This document shows, one piece after another, positions 1-10,625 of a DNA stretch of 32,000 bases. Source of the DNA: Mycobacterium leprae TN (GTDB lineage: Bacteria > Actinomycetota > Actinomycetes > Mycobacteriales > Mycobacteriaceae); NCBI RefSeq assembly GCF_000195855.1, contig NC_002677.1:2910001-2942000 (forward strand). Direction: 5' to 3'. The notes under the pieces are model-generated. The model was not told the origin of the DNA. It made no database searches and saw only the letters and a program-made list of their open reading frames with translations. Both the position numbers and the translations under genes were made by a program. Each line of letters opens with the position of its first letter. The stretch's first letter is position 1.

Positions 1-56
1 AACTCATTGGTGTCGGATGTCCGCCGCGATAAGCATCAACCACAAGCAGATGAACC

Positions 57-1028
57 GTGTTGCTACCAACGTCAAGCACGCCCAATCGCACAGAACACCA
101 ACCTAGCCGGGCAACGATGCTAGCGCTGCGCGACCCACTGAGGCGCCGCGGCAAAACAAACACCGACAAGCAGCGATGCGCGTCGGGTGTCTCCGTGTCA
201 AGCTGTCCAGAATCTGGGTCTACCTTTGAATACGTGGCAAACTCACACCTGGAACCGGTGCATCCAGGGGAAGAGGTCGACTTGGATTTCACCCGTGAGT
301 GGGTGGAGTTCTACGACCCGGACAATTCGGAGCAGCTAATCGCGGCCGATCTCACCTGGCTACTGTCACGGTGGACGTGCGTGTTCGGCACACCTGCGTG
401 CAGGGGCACCGTGGCCGGTCGACCAGATGATGGCTGCTGCTCGCACGGCGCATTCCTGTCGGACGACGCCGACCGAACGCGCTTGGACGACGCGGTAAAA
501 AAGCTCAGCCACGACGACTGGCAATTCCGCGAAAAAGGTTTGGGCCGTAAGGGTTATTTGGAACTCGACGAGCATGATGGCCAATCCCAATTCCGGACCC
601 GAAAACACAAGAACGCTTGCATTTTCCTAAACCGACCCGGGTTCCCTATCGGCGCTGGCTGCGCGCTGCATAGCAAAGCCCTCAAGCTAGGCGTACCGCC
701 GCGGACGATGAAACCCGATATTTGTTGGCAACTGCCGATCCGACACAGCCAGGAGTGGGTGACCAGGCCCGACGGCACCGAAATTCTCAAAACCACGGTC
801 ACCGAATATGACCGCCGCAGCTGGGGCTCCGGCGGCGCGGATTTACATTGGTATTGCACCGGCGATCCGGCCAGCCATGTCGACAGTAAGCAGCTGTGGG
901 AGAGCCTGGCCGACGAACTCACCGAACTACTTGGCGCGAAAGCCTACGCTAAGCTGGCGGCAATATGTAAGCGCCGCAACAGATTAGGTATCATCGCAGT
1001 GCACCCGGCGACGCAGGAGGCCAAATAG
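57..1028 (+). CDS. Conserved hypothetical protein (Rv0495c-like by position and sequence recollection); Cys-rich
   Basis: 972-nt ORF with protein-like composition and several Cys/His clusters. It converges on a GntR-like pseudogene, as Rv0495c does with Rv0494 in M. tuberculosis. The start is uncertain: GTG at 57 or ATG at 117. Confidence 0.7.
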   Translation: MLLPTSSTPNRTEHQPSRATMLALRDPLRRRGKTNTDKQRCASGVSVSSCPESGSTFEYVANSHLEPVHPGEEVDLDFTREWVEFYDPDNSEQLIAADLTWLLSRWTCVFGTPACRGTVAGRPDDGCCSHGAFLSDDADRTRLDDAVKKLSHDDWQFREKGLGRKGYLELDEHDGQSQFRTRKHKNACIFLNRPGFPIGAGCALHSKALKLGVPPRTMKPDICWQLPIRHSQEWVTRPDGTEILKTTVTEYDRRSWGSGGADLHWYCTGDPASHVDSKQLWESLADELTELLGAKAYAKLAAICKRRNRLGIIAVHPATQEAK

Positions 1029-1039
1029 CACCAGGTTGG

Positions 1040-1750
1040 CCAGCACCGACAACCTAGCCCAATCGCAGCGGTATGCCACCTTCTTGGTACGATTCGAGCA
1101 TGCGCAGCGCGCTGGCCTATAGGCATGACTCAACCGACGAAGCGGCCGTCGCCGCGTCGCGCGGCAGCACAGCCTCAGGTATGGCCTGCAAGTCAACGAC
1201 CACCGAGGCGGGGTCGGCATAGGCTACCGGTGAGCTCATATTCGCGTCCACCGAAAGTGTGCTCGACCCAAACGATACAACAGCCCCAACACACAGTTGC
1301 GAATGCTTTGGATGAGGACCGGAAGTAGGCTAGGTAGGCCACCTGACGCGCCAGGGCCGTCTCGGCCCCACACATTCCGGCCAGCGCGACGCACAATGCC
1401 TCGACATCATCGAATGTGCTCCGGTCGGAGACCAGGCAGCCGATCAGAGAACCTAAGGCAGCGCGAATTTCAAACAGCTCGATCAGGAACTCGGAACCCA
1501 ATTTCCGCACCAACACCTCGACGACCGCGGGATATTAGGGCCGTCAGATCGCATACCACGCTGCCGTTCCCATTTCCGGCCTCGCTAAGTACCCATCTAC
1601 TGCATCCGGGCACGAGTCCGCCGGCAAGAACATGCCGTTAACACTGAGCTTGTTCAGCTCACTCCCGCTCAGGCTGCAGGATCTAGCTCGGCGGGAAAGC
1701 GCCGTCGAGGATGGCATCGGCCAATCGACACAGAGATTTGCTTAGCCACA
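1040..1750 (-). pseudogene. GntR/FadR-family transcriptional regulator pseudogene (Rv0494-like)
   Basis: Minus-strand translation is split over more than two frames. The N-terminal wHTH-like stretch reads LADAILDGAFPPS*ILQPERE... and then ...LSVNGM.... An FCD-like stretch (ELFEIRAALGSLIG...DVEALCVALAGM) sits in ORF 1193..1516. In-frame stops and frameshifts are visible. Boundaries are approximate. Confidence 0.5.
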
Positions 1751-1821
1751 CGGTAACAATCAGACGGCTGAATCAGCCTTGATTGGTTCATTAACTCCAT
1801 CAATTAAAGTAAATAGACCTA

Positions 1822-2778
1822 ATGAGATCGCCAAAACACAACTGCACATCCAGGCGACACAACCCGCTGAGCGTAGCGTCCGCTCGGCGACTAGTCGACC
1901 AGAGGTGGAGTAGTGGACGACCACCTGAGATCCACCCGCAGCCCCAACACTGGCAGGGTCAAGCCGAGCGCCTAGAAGACCTGGTAGCCACCCTGTCGGA
2001 TTCGCTGACTTGCGGCCAGCTTGTGGACCCACTACGAGACTTTCGCAGCGCGGCACTGCTCGATCACGGCCCAGCTCCAACACGGGCCGAGCGGTTCGGC
2101 CCTGAAACCATCCAAACACCCGCTACCGGCATGACGTGGTTCGACGCGGCGAGCGTGCAGACGGCGCGGGATGTGTTGACCGAACACGCAATCACTCGTA
2201 TGGGGTCTGTCCTGGAAGAAACCCAGTTCGCTGACCGGTCGGCGACACCACCCACTGTGTCGACAGATGGGGCGGTAGCACCGTCTACGGCGATCACAAT
2301 CGCGTTAGCTCGCTTCCTGTATTGACGTATTAATAATTGCCCGGCAAGCCCTTTCTCGTAGCTTCGGATACGGACCACATTCGGTCTGCGACACTGACAC
2401 TGGTAACTGGACTACTGGAGGGAGGCATTGGCACCCGCGCGCCATGCTCATCCGTGTAGACCAGCCCACCGACCGAGGCCTGAGCCTGTGGGAGACACGG
2501 ATACGGACGAAGCCGCCGCGGTTTGCACTAACACCTAGCAGGCCGACAGCTACATAGAGATCGGAGAACGGCACTGTTCGGTAGCTGATTCATAACCGGG
2601 CATGCCGATGTCAGGCTATGCGACGTCAAGGCACCCTAGATCAACTAAAGGATCCCTTTCTCTTTGACCCGCCGCTGCTGCTTGCCGCAGAAATACTGAT
2701 CAAGCGCGAACTGCACACCGACCGTCGTGCTGGTCCGATACGGCGTGTAATGAAGTTGCAAAAGTTCCAGCTTTTCTG
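1822..2778 (+). pseudogene. Possible remnant of a conserved hypothetical gene (position of Rv0493c)
   Basis: There is a 167-aa ORF at 1822..2325 and a further ORF-like stretch ending at 2778 (...DPFLFDPPLLLAAEILIKRELH...). No recognisable domain. The call rests mostly on synteny, and the extent is a guess. Confidence 0.25.
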
Positions 2779-2925
2779 ACTCAATAGCTTGGCCCCCAGT
2801 AGGCAAACGGGGTTTTAGACGTCAAGACAAACAAAGCGGTATGGCCGCTGCACGGTAGCGGCTAAGTGCAGCTTTGCGACCTACCCGTTCTTCATCAACC
2901 TAAGACGACGGCTCGGGCGCAGGAA

Positions 2926-4470
2926 ATGAGTCATCTTGCTTATCGCGCTCAGGCCGCCTCGTTCGGCTCGTTCGGCGGCGCGCTGCTGCCCGAGGAGCGC
3001 GTTAGCCCGTCACGGGCCCGGCTCGTCACGCGCGTTGACCGTTACCTCACACAGCTAACTGCCCCGGCACGGGCGGGCGGTGCACACCGGGCTTCTCTAG
3101 CTGACCGCGACGAGCCACTTGACCACCGGCCGACCGCGGTAGCGACTTGACCCCGGCCAGCAAGATCAGGTTACTGCAGCGAGTCACCGCGCTGAACCCG
3201 GATGCCAGTGCGCCATCGAAGTGATGAAGGTGATCGTGTTGCTGGCCAACGACGCATACGCCTTGCGCAGGAATTTGTTCGCTCGCGCCCACGACACATG
3301 ACGCGGCTCGCACCGACACCGCCTTGACCGTCACCCAATCAAGTGACAGAGCTTCCGTCATTACCGCCGACTGGTGATCGTCGAGTACGGCGCCGGCGGC
3401 GCCATGATGGCTCACACCTTGGCGCAAGCCGGCTTAAGAACCGTTATCGTACTCGAAGAGGGTCGTCGCTGGGCGGTCGACGAGTTACGTACCAGCCACC
3501 TAATTGACCTTAAACCGGCCTATACCACCGCTCCCGGTGGGCCACCATCGCGATCGCGTTGGTACGACCGTCGTTGTTGATGGCGATCGGCCCACGTAGT
3601 CGGTGGCACTACTGTCACGAACTCCGGCTACCGGCCTTCCTGCCCACAGCCGGCTGTGCAACTACACTGGCGCTATGCATTCGGTCTTTGTCTGGCCGAT
3701 CCGGAGCAGCTGACCGAACACCTCCAAATCGTTGGATTAGCAAGCGATGCCCATTTTGTACAACGCATCCAGCTGTGCAGACAACTGCCAATGCACAATC
3801 GGATGCCCACGCAACGCTAAATTCGGTGTAAACCTCAATGCATTACCCCAGGCGTGTACGGCCGACGGACGGAGTGCAAACCCACCGACACGGCAGCACT
3901 GCGCCCGATTTGTTAGTGGAAACCGTCATCATCACCGCCGGCGCCATCGAAACACCCGGTGCTGTTGCGGAGCAGCAGTCATGGCGTGCACCCGCGGCTC
4001 GACCGAAAACTCGCGCTGCATCCGGCCACCATGCTGGTCGGGCGCTTCGACGGGGATGTTGTCGCGTGTCGCAGCGTGCTGCAAAGCGCCGACGTACACA
4101 AATTTCACGAGTCAGCTGGCGTGTTGATTGAAGCCATCGCTACGCCGCAGGGCATGGGGTTGATGGGTCTTCTCCGGCTACAGCACCAAACTGCTCAACT
4201 AGCTGGATCGGGCATCGCACGTCGCAACGTTTGGCGCGATGGTGACCGATCGCAGCGTTGGCTCGGTTCTGTCGGTGCATAGTGAAGCGATGGTGCACCA
4301 CCACCTTGCCCAAGCTGACAACACCAAGCTGCTCATCACAATAGCTGCTATCAACCGGCTGCGCAGCATCGAAGGTGTGGGTTGCTGACGTGGAGATTGA
4401 GCGCACCCGTGATGCCTAGAGGTGAACCGCAGCTATCGATCATGACGCTGGCTGTGGCTGACGAGGTGGT
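2926..4470 (+). pseudogene. GMC-family FAD oxidoreductase pseudogene (Rv0492c-like)
   Basis: The FAD-binding motif VIVEYGAGGAMMAHTLAQAGLRTVIVLEEG starts at 3374. Later fragments lie in other frames: CADNCQCTIGCPRNAKFGVN, VIITAGAIETPG and FGAMVTDRSVGSV. The reading frame is broken repeatedly, and the C-terminal third is missing before convergent regX3. The 5' boundary (2926) is uncertain. Confidence 0.55.
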
Positions 4471-4488
4471 CACAGTGCGGTGCACAGG

Positions 4489-5085
4489 CTAACTCTCCAG
4501 TTTGTAGCCCAGACCTCGCACTGTCACCAGATGTACCGGGTTAGCGGGATCGGCCTCGATCTTGGAGCGCAGCCGCTTGACGTGGACATCGAGGGTCTTG
4601 GTATCGCCGACGTAATCCACACCCCAGACCCGGTCAATCAGCTGCCCTCGGGTTAGCACCCGCCCGCTATTGCGCATCAGGTACTCCAGCAGATCGAATT
4701 CCTTAAGAGGCAGGGTGATGGCATAGCCGTTCACCGAGACCACATGCCGCTCAACATCCATCCGGAGCGGCCCGGACTCCAGCACACCATCGCTAATTTC
4801 GGAGTCGTCATCACCGCCACGCCGCAGCACCGCCCGGATCCGGGCGATCAATTCACGCGCCGAATAGGGTTTCGTAACATAGTCGTCGGCGCCCAGCTCG
4901 AGGCCGACCACTTTGTCAATCTCACTGTCTCGAGCAGTCACCATGATCACCGGCACACTGGAACGAACACGCAGCTGCTTATACACATCAGTGCCAGACA
5001 TCCCCGGCAGCATCAAGTCCAGCAGCACGATGTCCGCCCCGGAGCGATCGAACTCCGCTAGTGCCGCTGGCCCATCGGTCACCAC
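4489..5085 (-). CDS. regX3: OmpR/PhoB-family response regulator RegX3; the longest ORF starts at an internal GTG and lacks about 29 N-terminal residues
   Basis: The 198-aa ORF has the receiver phospho-acceptor context (IVLLDLMLPGMSG) and a winged-helix DNA-binding domain (...LVTVRGLGYKLES). It lies immediately downstream of senX3. See the 5' fragment feature and the related finding. Confidence 0.85.
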   Translation of the reverse strand: MVTDGPAALAEFDRSGADIVLLDLMLPGMSGTDVYKQLRVRSSVPVIMVTARDSEIDKVVGLELGADDYVTKPYSARELIARIRAVLRRGGDDDSEISDGVLESGPLRMDVERHVVSVNGYAITLPLKEFDLLEYLMRNSGRVLTRGQLIDRVWGVDYVGDTKTLDVHVKRLRSKIEADPANPVHLVTVRGLGYKLES

Positions 5086-5171
5086 CGTGGGCTCAAAACC
5101 TCCTTGCGGAGGAGAAACGCCAGTGGATCAGCCAGCGATTCCTCGTCCTCCACAATCAGGACACTTATCAT
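5079..5171 (-). other. regX3: Orphaned ancestral 5' end of regX3 (ATG 5171, frameshifted after codon 24)
   Basis: The minus strand reads ATG ATA AGT GTC CTG ATT GTG GAG GAC GAG..., giving [24 protein letters not shown] and then VLSPRW*. A GAGGGA Shine-Dalgarno sits 9 nt upstream. The frame is lost at AAGGAGGTTTTGAG, around 5097-5102. Confidence 0.75.
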
Positions 5172-6459
5172 TCACATTCCCTCTCGTCACTTCGCTCTGC
5201 ATCATCGCCTGCGCGGGTGTCATCGACTTAAACTCTTCTTCCTCTCGTTGCGGCCTATTGAGCCACATATCGCAGCCCCGGGGTTGCCCGGATTGCTCAT
5301 CGTTGTCCTGGTAAAGCGGCATGGCCGCCGGAATAGACAGGGTGAACGTAGATCCGGTTCCCGGCTTGCTCCACACACCGATACTGCCATTGTGGTTGGC
5401 GGCAACGTGTTTGACGATGGCCAGCCCCAGCCCGCTGCCACCGGTAGCCCGCGAGCGCGCCTTGTCTCCGCGGAAGAAGCGTTCGAAGACCCGCTCCTGA
5501 TCTTCAAGAGCGATGCCAATGCCGCGGTCGGTGACGGCGATCTCGATATTGTCGCCACGACGGCGACGGCTGATCGACACCAGCGAACCACCCGGCGAGT
5601 AGGCAATCGCGTTGGACACCAGATTGGCTAGCGCGGTAACCAGTAGAGTTTGGTCGCCCAATACCCGCAAACCGCTAGGCGGATCGGTGCGAACCTCGAT
5701 AGCAGCGGTGTCGGCGGCCACCTTATGGCGCGCAATCGCCTCGGACACGATGATATCGACGTCAATGTCCGTTACGTTAGGCAGCCGCTCGGCGCCCTGC
5801 AGCCGGGACAACTCTATGAGCTCAGCAACCATGTATCCTAATCGATTGGCCTCGATGAGCACCTTCTCGGCGAACCGGCTCACGGTTTCGGCGTCATCCG
5901 CCGATGCCAGCAGAGCCTCAGCTAGCAAGGCCATGGCGCCGACCGGGGTCTTGAGCTCGTGGCTAACATTGGCTACGAAGTCACGCCTAGCCGCCTCCAT
6001 GCGCACATAGTCGGACTGGTCGTGGACGAAGACCACGGCGAACCGGCGGTCTTTCTCACTTAGCAGTCGAGCGTGGCCGTGCACCGATAACCCAGACCGG
6101 CCCGCAGCCGGGCGTTTTCCGGGCAACAGGTCAAATTCGACATCGTCACCGCCCAGCGCCTGCTGTGCTGCCCGCCAGGCCTGGTCATCGAGCTGCCGGT
6201 CGCGCACGAGTCCTAGCTCCTTGGCCTGTTCGTTGAGGTAAACTACATCACGATAGGTATCAACCACCGCAGCACCTAGCGGCATCAACGCGATGATGCG
6301 TTGCAGCATCTGCAAAACAGTGATGCCCGCCCATTCGTTAGCCAGTCTTTGCCGGCGTTCGATTAGTCGCGGCGACAGCCGGATTCCTGCCACAATACCA
6401 ACAACAAACGCCAACCCGGACAATACCCCGGCCAACAACAGAGCCGAGAACACAGTCAC
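5128..6459 (-). CDS. senX3: Sensor histidine kinase SenX3 with a roughly 31-aa C-terminal extension
   Basis: 443-aa ORF. It has an N-terminal TM segment, an H-box ([13 protein letters not shown]), and N/G boxes ([28 protein letters not shown]). It is paired with regX3. Confidence 0.95.
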
Positions 6460-6542
6460 ATAAAAAATCTTACAAATCCTTCATTAACGCCGCCCCAGCG
6501 GTGCGAGACCAAAATCGGAAAAGTCACACTTTGCGTTACAGG

Positions 6543-6560
6543 TGTTCAGCTGTTGTTCAC
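6543..6560. promoter_or_regulatory. Candidate Pho-box-like direct repeat upstream of senX3 (TGTTCAG-ctgt-TGTTCAC)
   Basis: Two 7-nt direct repeats with 11-bp periodicity lie about 85-100 nt upstream of the senX3 start. This architecture is typical of OmpR/PhoB-family binding sites. No experimental motif was matched. Confidence 0.3.
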
Positions 6561-6615
6561 GGGATGTTTGACACATGGGATCTTGAAGCGTCAACAGGCA
6601 CTGCAACAAATGTTT

Positions 6616-7359
6616 TTACGGGCGCGCTTGACTGATTACCGCAGCGGCCGCCTCGGGGTCGAGGTAGGTACCACCGGGTACCACCGGACGCAGATCGGCA
6701 TCTAGATCATAGCGCAGCGGAATGCCAGTCGGAACGTTAAGCCCGACGACCTCGTCGTCGGACATCTCGTCTAGGTGTTTGACCAGCGCGCGCAGCGAGT
6801 TGCCGTGCGCCACAATGAGCACCGTTCTGCCGGTCCGCAGATCGGGGACTATCACGTCGGTGAAATACGGCAGGAAGCGGGTCACCACATCAGCCAGGCA
6901 TTCGGTCAGCGGCCCGCCGCCAATGTCGGTGTAGCGAGGGTCAGCATCCTGGCTGAACTCGCTACCCTTCTCGATCGGTGGTGGCGGAGTGTCGTAGCTG
7001 CGGCGCCAAGCCATGAATCGTTCTTCGCCGTAGCGGGCCTTGGTCACGGCCTTGTCCAGACCCTGAAGCGCGCCGTAGTGACGTTCATTGAGCCGCCAGC
7101 TGCGACGGACCGGAATCCATAGCCAGTCGGCGGTGTCTAACGCCAGATGCGCAGTGGTGATAGCGCGGCGCAACAGCGACGTGTACAACACGTCGGGCAA
7201 CAGATTGTGCTCGGCAAGCAACTCACCGCTGCGGACCGCCTCCGCTCGACCCTTGTCGGTTAGCCCGACGTCCACCCAACCGGTGAACAGATTCCGGGCA
7301 TTCCAGTCACTCTCGCCATGACGGAGTAGAATCAGCGTAGCAGTGTTACCCTGTTGCAT
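6616..7359 (-). CDS. gpmA: 2,3-bisphosphoglycerate-dependent phosphoglycerate mutase
   Basis: 247-aa ORF with the LRHGESDWN catalytic His motif and the C-terminal HGNSLRAL motif. Confidence 0.95.
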   Translation of the reverse strand: MQQGNTATLILLRHGESDWNARNLFTGWVDVGLTDKGRAEAVRSGELLAEHNLLPDVLYTSLLRRAITTAHLALDTADWLWIPVRRSWRLNERHYGALQGLDKAVTKARYGEERFMAWRRSYDTPPPPIEKGSEFSQDADPRYTDIGGGPLTECLADVVTRFLPYFTDVIVPDLRTGRTVLIVAHGNSLRALVKHLDEMSDDEVVGLNVPTGIPLRYDLDADLRPVVPGGTYLDPEAAAAVISQARP

Positions 7360-7371
7360 CGGCTTAGCATT

Positions 7372-7926
7372 TCACGGACGAGCGTAGATGGAAGCGTCGC
7401 CGTCACCTTCGTCGTCGATTAGGTGCGCGAAGGCCTGCAGATTGTTCAGCGACTCGCCGCGAGAGATTCGCCAGTCCCACTCCTTTTGGATCGACGAACG
7501 AAAACCCAATTCCAACAACGTATTAAAGTCCGATTCCACCGCCTCGAGTACCTGTCCGAGCACTCGATCGATCTCGTCGGTGTCGACCGACGCCAAGGAC
7601 ATCCGGCCCACCAGATAGATATCGCCCACGTTGTCCAGCGTGTAGGAAACGCAAAAGAGCCGACGGTTGCGCTTGAGCAAAAACCGGTAGACACCCTCGT
7701 GGTTCTCGTCAGGTTTGCGGCATACGAACGCCTCAACATGCACTGAATGCTCGCCGATACTCAGGATGGCGTTGGTCTTGAGCCTACGCTCACCAGGCAG
7801 TTCCACTACCAATCGCAACAATCCATCGGGCACCCCAGAAAATTCCGAGTAGGTGAGGTGGCTGGCTTGCAGCGCGTGCTCAATCACCGAACACGCGTGC
7901 CACACCGTATCCCAGGCTGTGCTCAT
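7372..7926 (-). CDS. Conserved hypothetical protein, YbjN-like (Rv0487-like)
   Basis: The ORF runs 7372..7947. The likely start is MSTAWDTVW at 7926, giving a length that matches homologues as I recall them. It is tightly packed between mshA and gpmA. Confidence 0.8.
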   Translation of the reverse strand: MSTAWDTVWHACSVIEHALQASHLTYSEFSGVPDGLLRLVVELPGERRLKTNAILSIGEHSVHVEAFVCRKPDENHEGVYRFLLKRNRRLFCVSYTLDNVGDIYLVGRMSLASVDTDEIDRVLGQVLEAVESDFNTLLELGFRSSIQKEWDWRISRGESLNNLQAFAHLIDDEGDGDASIYARP

Positions 7927-7999
7927 TGGCGCCCCGCTCCCCTGCAAGCAGGAGATGCCCCTGCCTCATGGCTTCGTTCTGCATCGTCGCCGGTACGGG

Positions 8000-9310
8000 T
8001 CATGCGCCCATCCCACGGCGTGAGATCCAACGACGGGGCTTGCGCGTTGCCACCAAGTCGCGGACCCGATGCTGACGCGTCGCGGTGAAATCACCGATCG
8101 CACGACGGTAGCTGGCTAGCAGCGCATCAGTGGTGTTGTCCCAGGAGAATTGGGCCGCATGCACGACAGCCGCGCGACTTATCGCCCTTGCCTGCGGCCC
8201 GGCACTGAGTCGTAACAGCTGATCGACGGCGTCCGCCCAATGACCGACATTATGTCCGAACACCAAAGTGCCGGTGACCCCGTCCCGCACCGCTACCGGC
8301 AAGCCGCCGACCGCCGCCGCTACCACCGGAGTGCCACAAGCCTGCGCCTCGACGGCGACCAGGCCAAACGACTCTGAATAACTCGGCACCGCAACTAGAT
8401 CGGCGGCTTGGAAGACTGTAGCCAAATTCGTACGGGATTGCGGCGGCAAGAACGTCACCCGGGCCGTGATACCAAGTTCGTCGGCCAACCTAACCAGCCC
8501 GTCCGGGGAGGCCAAACCACTGCCTGACGGTCCGCCAGCCACAACGATGCGCACCTGCGGCAGTTTCGCGGCGGCACGTAACACGATGTCAGGTGCCTTC
8601 AACGGCTGGATCCGTCCGACGAAGGCCACCACGTTGCCGTCGAGCGGCAGCCCCAGCGCAGCCCGAGCAGCCCGCCGGTCACCTGGACGGAACATGTCCA
8701 GATCAACACCAGGATGGGCCACGTCAATTTTCGCTGGATCGGCACGGTGAATCGAAATCAATTGCCTTGCTTCATCATCGGTGTTGACGATCATCCGATC
8801 GGCCTCGTCGACGACCTGCTGTTCGCCGACACTACGCAACGGCGGCTCAGCCGCGTCACCATCGGCCAGCGCCGCGTTCTTCACCGCGGCCAACGTGTGC
8901 GCGGTATGCACCAACGGCACCGCCCAGCGGTCCCGGGCCAGCCAGCCGACCTGCCCAGACAGCCAATAATGCGAGTGGACGATATCGTAGTAGCCCGGTT
9001 CGTGAGCCGCTTCTGCGCGCAGCACCCCGGCAGCAAACGCACACAGCTGGGTAGGTAAGTCGTATTTATCCAGGCCCTCGAACGGCCCTGCTACGACGTT
9101 GCGCACTAACACTCCGGGCGCTACCCACACGATGGGCGGATCGGCAGAGGCAGTGGCCCGGGTAAAGATCTCCACCTCAATGCCACGCCGAGCCAGGTGC
9201 AACGCGCTCTGCAGCACGTAAACATTCATGCCGCCTGCGTCGCCGATGCCCGGCTGAGCCAGCGGTGAGGTGTGCACCGCCAGCACCGCGACCCGATGGA
9301 GATCATTCAC
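8000..9310 (-). CDS. mshA: D-inositol-3-phosphate glycosyltransferase MshA (GT4 family, mycothiol biosynthesis)
   Basis: 436-aa ORF. The N-terminus is [26 protein letters not shown]. The GT-B C-terminal region reads [24 protein letters not shown]. Confidence 0.93.
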   Translation of the reverse strand: MNDLHRVAVLAVHTSPLAQPGIGDAGGMNVYVLQSALHLARRGIEVEIFTRATASADPPIVWVAPGVLVRNVVAGPFEGLDKYDLPTQLCAFAAGVLRAEAAHEPGYYDIVHSHYWLSGQVGWLARDRWAVPLVHTAHTLAAVKNAALADGDAAEPPLRSVGEQQVVDEADRMIVNTDDEARQLISIHRADPAKIDVAHPGVDLDMFRPGDRRAARAALGLPLDGNVVAFVGRIQPLKAPDIVLRAAAKLPQVRIVVAGGPSGSGLASPDGLVRLADELGITARVTFLPPQSRTNLATVFQAADLVAVPSYSESFGLVAVEAQACGTPVVAAAVGGLPVAVRDGVTGTLVFGHNVGHWADAVDQLLRLSAGPQARAISRAAVVHAAQFSWDNTTDALLASYRRAIGDFTATRQHRVRDLVATRKPRRWISRRGMGA

Positions 9311-9329
9311 TGGCGGAAACGTTTCAATT

Positions 9330-10330
9330 CGATGGCCCGCACATTAGTCATCTTTACAGGACCGATCTGGAACCGCCCGAAACGGGAGTTAACAGCACGT
9401 CAAGACCCATCAAGCAGAAGACTCGTCTTGAGCAACCGGGAGTTCAGGACACCGGAACGGCGCATCGCTGCCCCGGCCTCTTGTACCCGGTTATCGAAGG
9501 CCGTCACCCGGATATCACGAGGCCGTAACAACAAACGTGCAGTGAATGCCACCAACCACCTAGGCCAGCGCCTCAGGGTATTCAGTGAACACCTGGCTAC
9601 CCGCCACCAGTTCGTCGGGATTGAGCAAGTCCCGCAGTAACGCAACCGGCCTAATAGAACATCTAGGTCTGCTCCGCCGGGGAGATCTTTAACTTACTGA
9701 TTGCCGACCCGGGCCATTCACAGGAGATCAGTAATAGCAGTAGCGACACCGCCCCCCGAGCAGGCGACGCCAGATAACATGCTGGGAATGCTCCTTGACC
9801 AGGCGGTCCAGCAGCCGAAACCACATCAACGCTGACGGTGGACTCCAACTTCCCAGTCCTGCCGAGCCCACGCTGTGCCTCCCGATTGCGTTCGAAGACC
9901 AGTCCCAGGCGTACACGTACAGAGTGGTCGAAGCGCGGGACACCATGGCCAGCGGCGCCGTCGACGGTACCACTGAGTCTAGCATGCTGAGCAACGCGGC
10001 GGCGGCGATGCCAGCGCCGCAAGCATCGAGAAGTGCTCTAGGCCAACGAAGTCAGGGTACGACTCGGCTCCTGGCACCCCACGGATGCTGGTGGTTCGCG
10101 CGCCTACATGGATGCCTATCGTCAGATAAGGTTCGTGGTTGATCCCGGACCGGGCACTCAAGGGCGCCCGATAGCCCCGGAGTCCACCGGGCCGGACTGC
10201 TCCCGCAGCACACTGGCCTCAAGCAGCGCGATGGCCTGACGGTTCACCGCCGCGATGGACAATGATGACAATGATATGGCCCCTACGATGACGTTACAAC
10301 CGACCGGGCCGCGCAACTACACGGCACGAA
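9330..10330 (-). pseudogene. ROK/NagC-family regulator pseudogene (Rv0485-like)
   Basis: Minus-strand fragments lie in different frames. They include an N-terminal HTH-like AVNRQAIALLEASVLREQSGP, ROK-core-like DGAAGHGVPRFD...RLGLVFERN, and C-terminal LLRDLLNPDELVAGSQV. No long ORF remains. Boundaries are approximate. Confidence 0.45.
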
Positions 10331-10625
10331 AAACGGCAGCCACCGCCAAGTCAGACAAGTTCAGCGACGGAGGCACAACCTGGCTATGTAACCGCAGCTA
10401 GCCGCGACATGTAAGTGAATGGCGGTTAACAACAGTAGTGCGTACGAACATCCGTAACCAAAGTTCCTATCTCCGGTCTTAGCCCCACTTATTGACTGGT
10501 GTGAAGTCCGACACGGCGATGAACACAGCAACAACACAGACAAGCCAAGAAGACACCTGCGGTCGTGGTGTTGGACAAAGCGGTGCGATGTACACCGAGA
10601 ATTTAGCACGTTTTTATTTTTTGGA

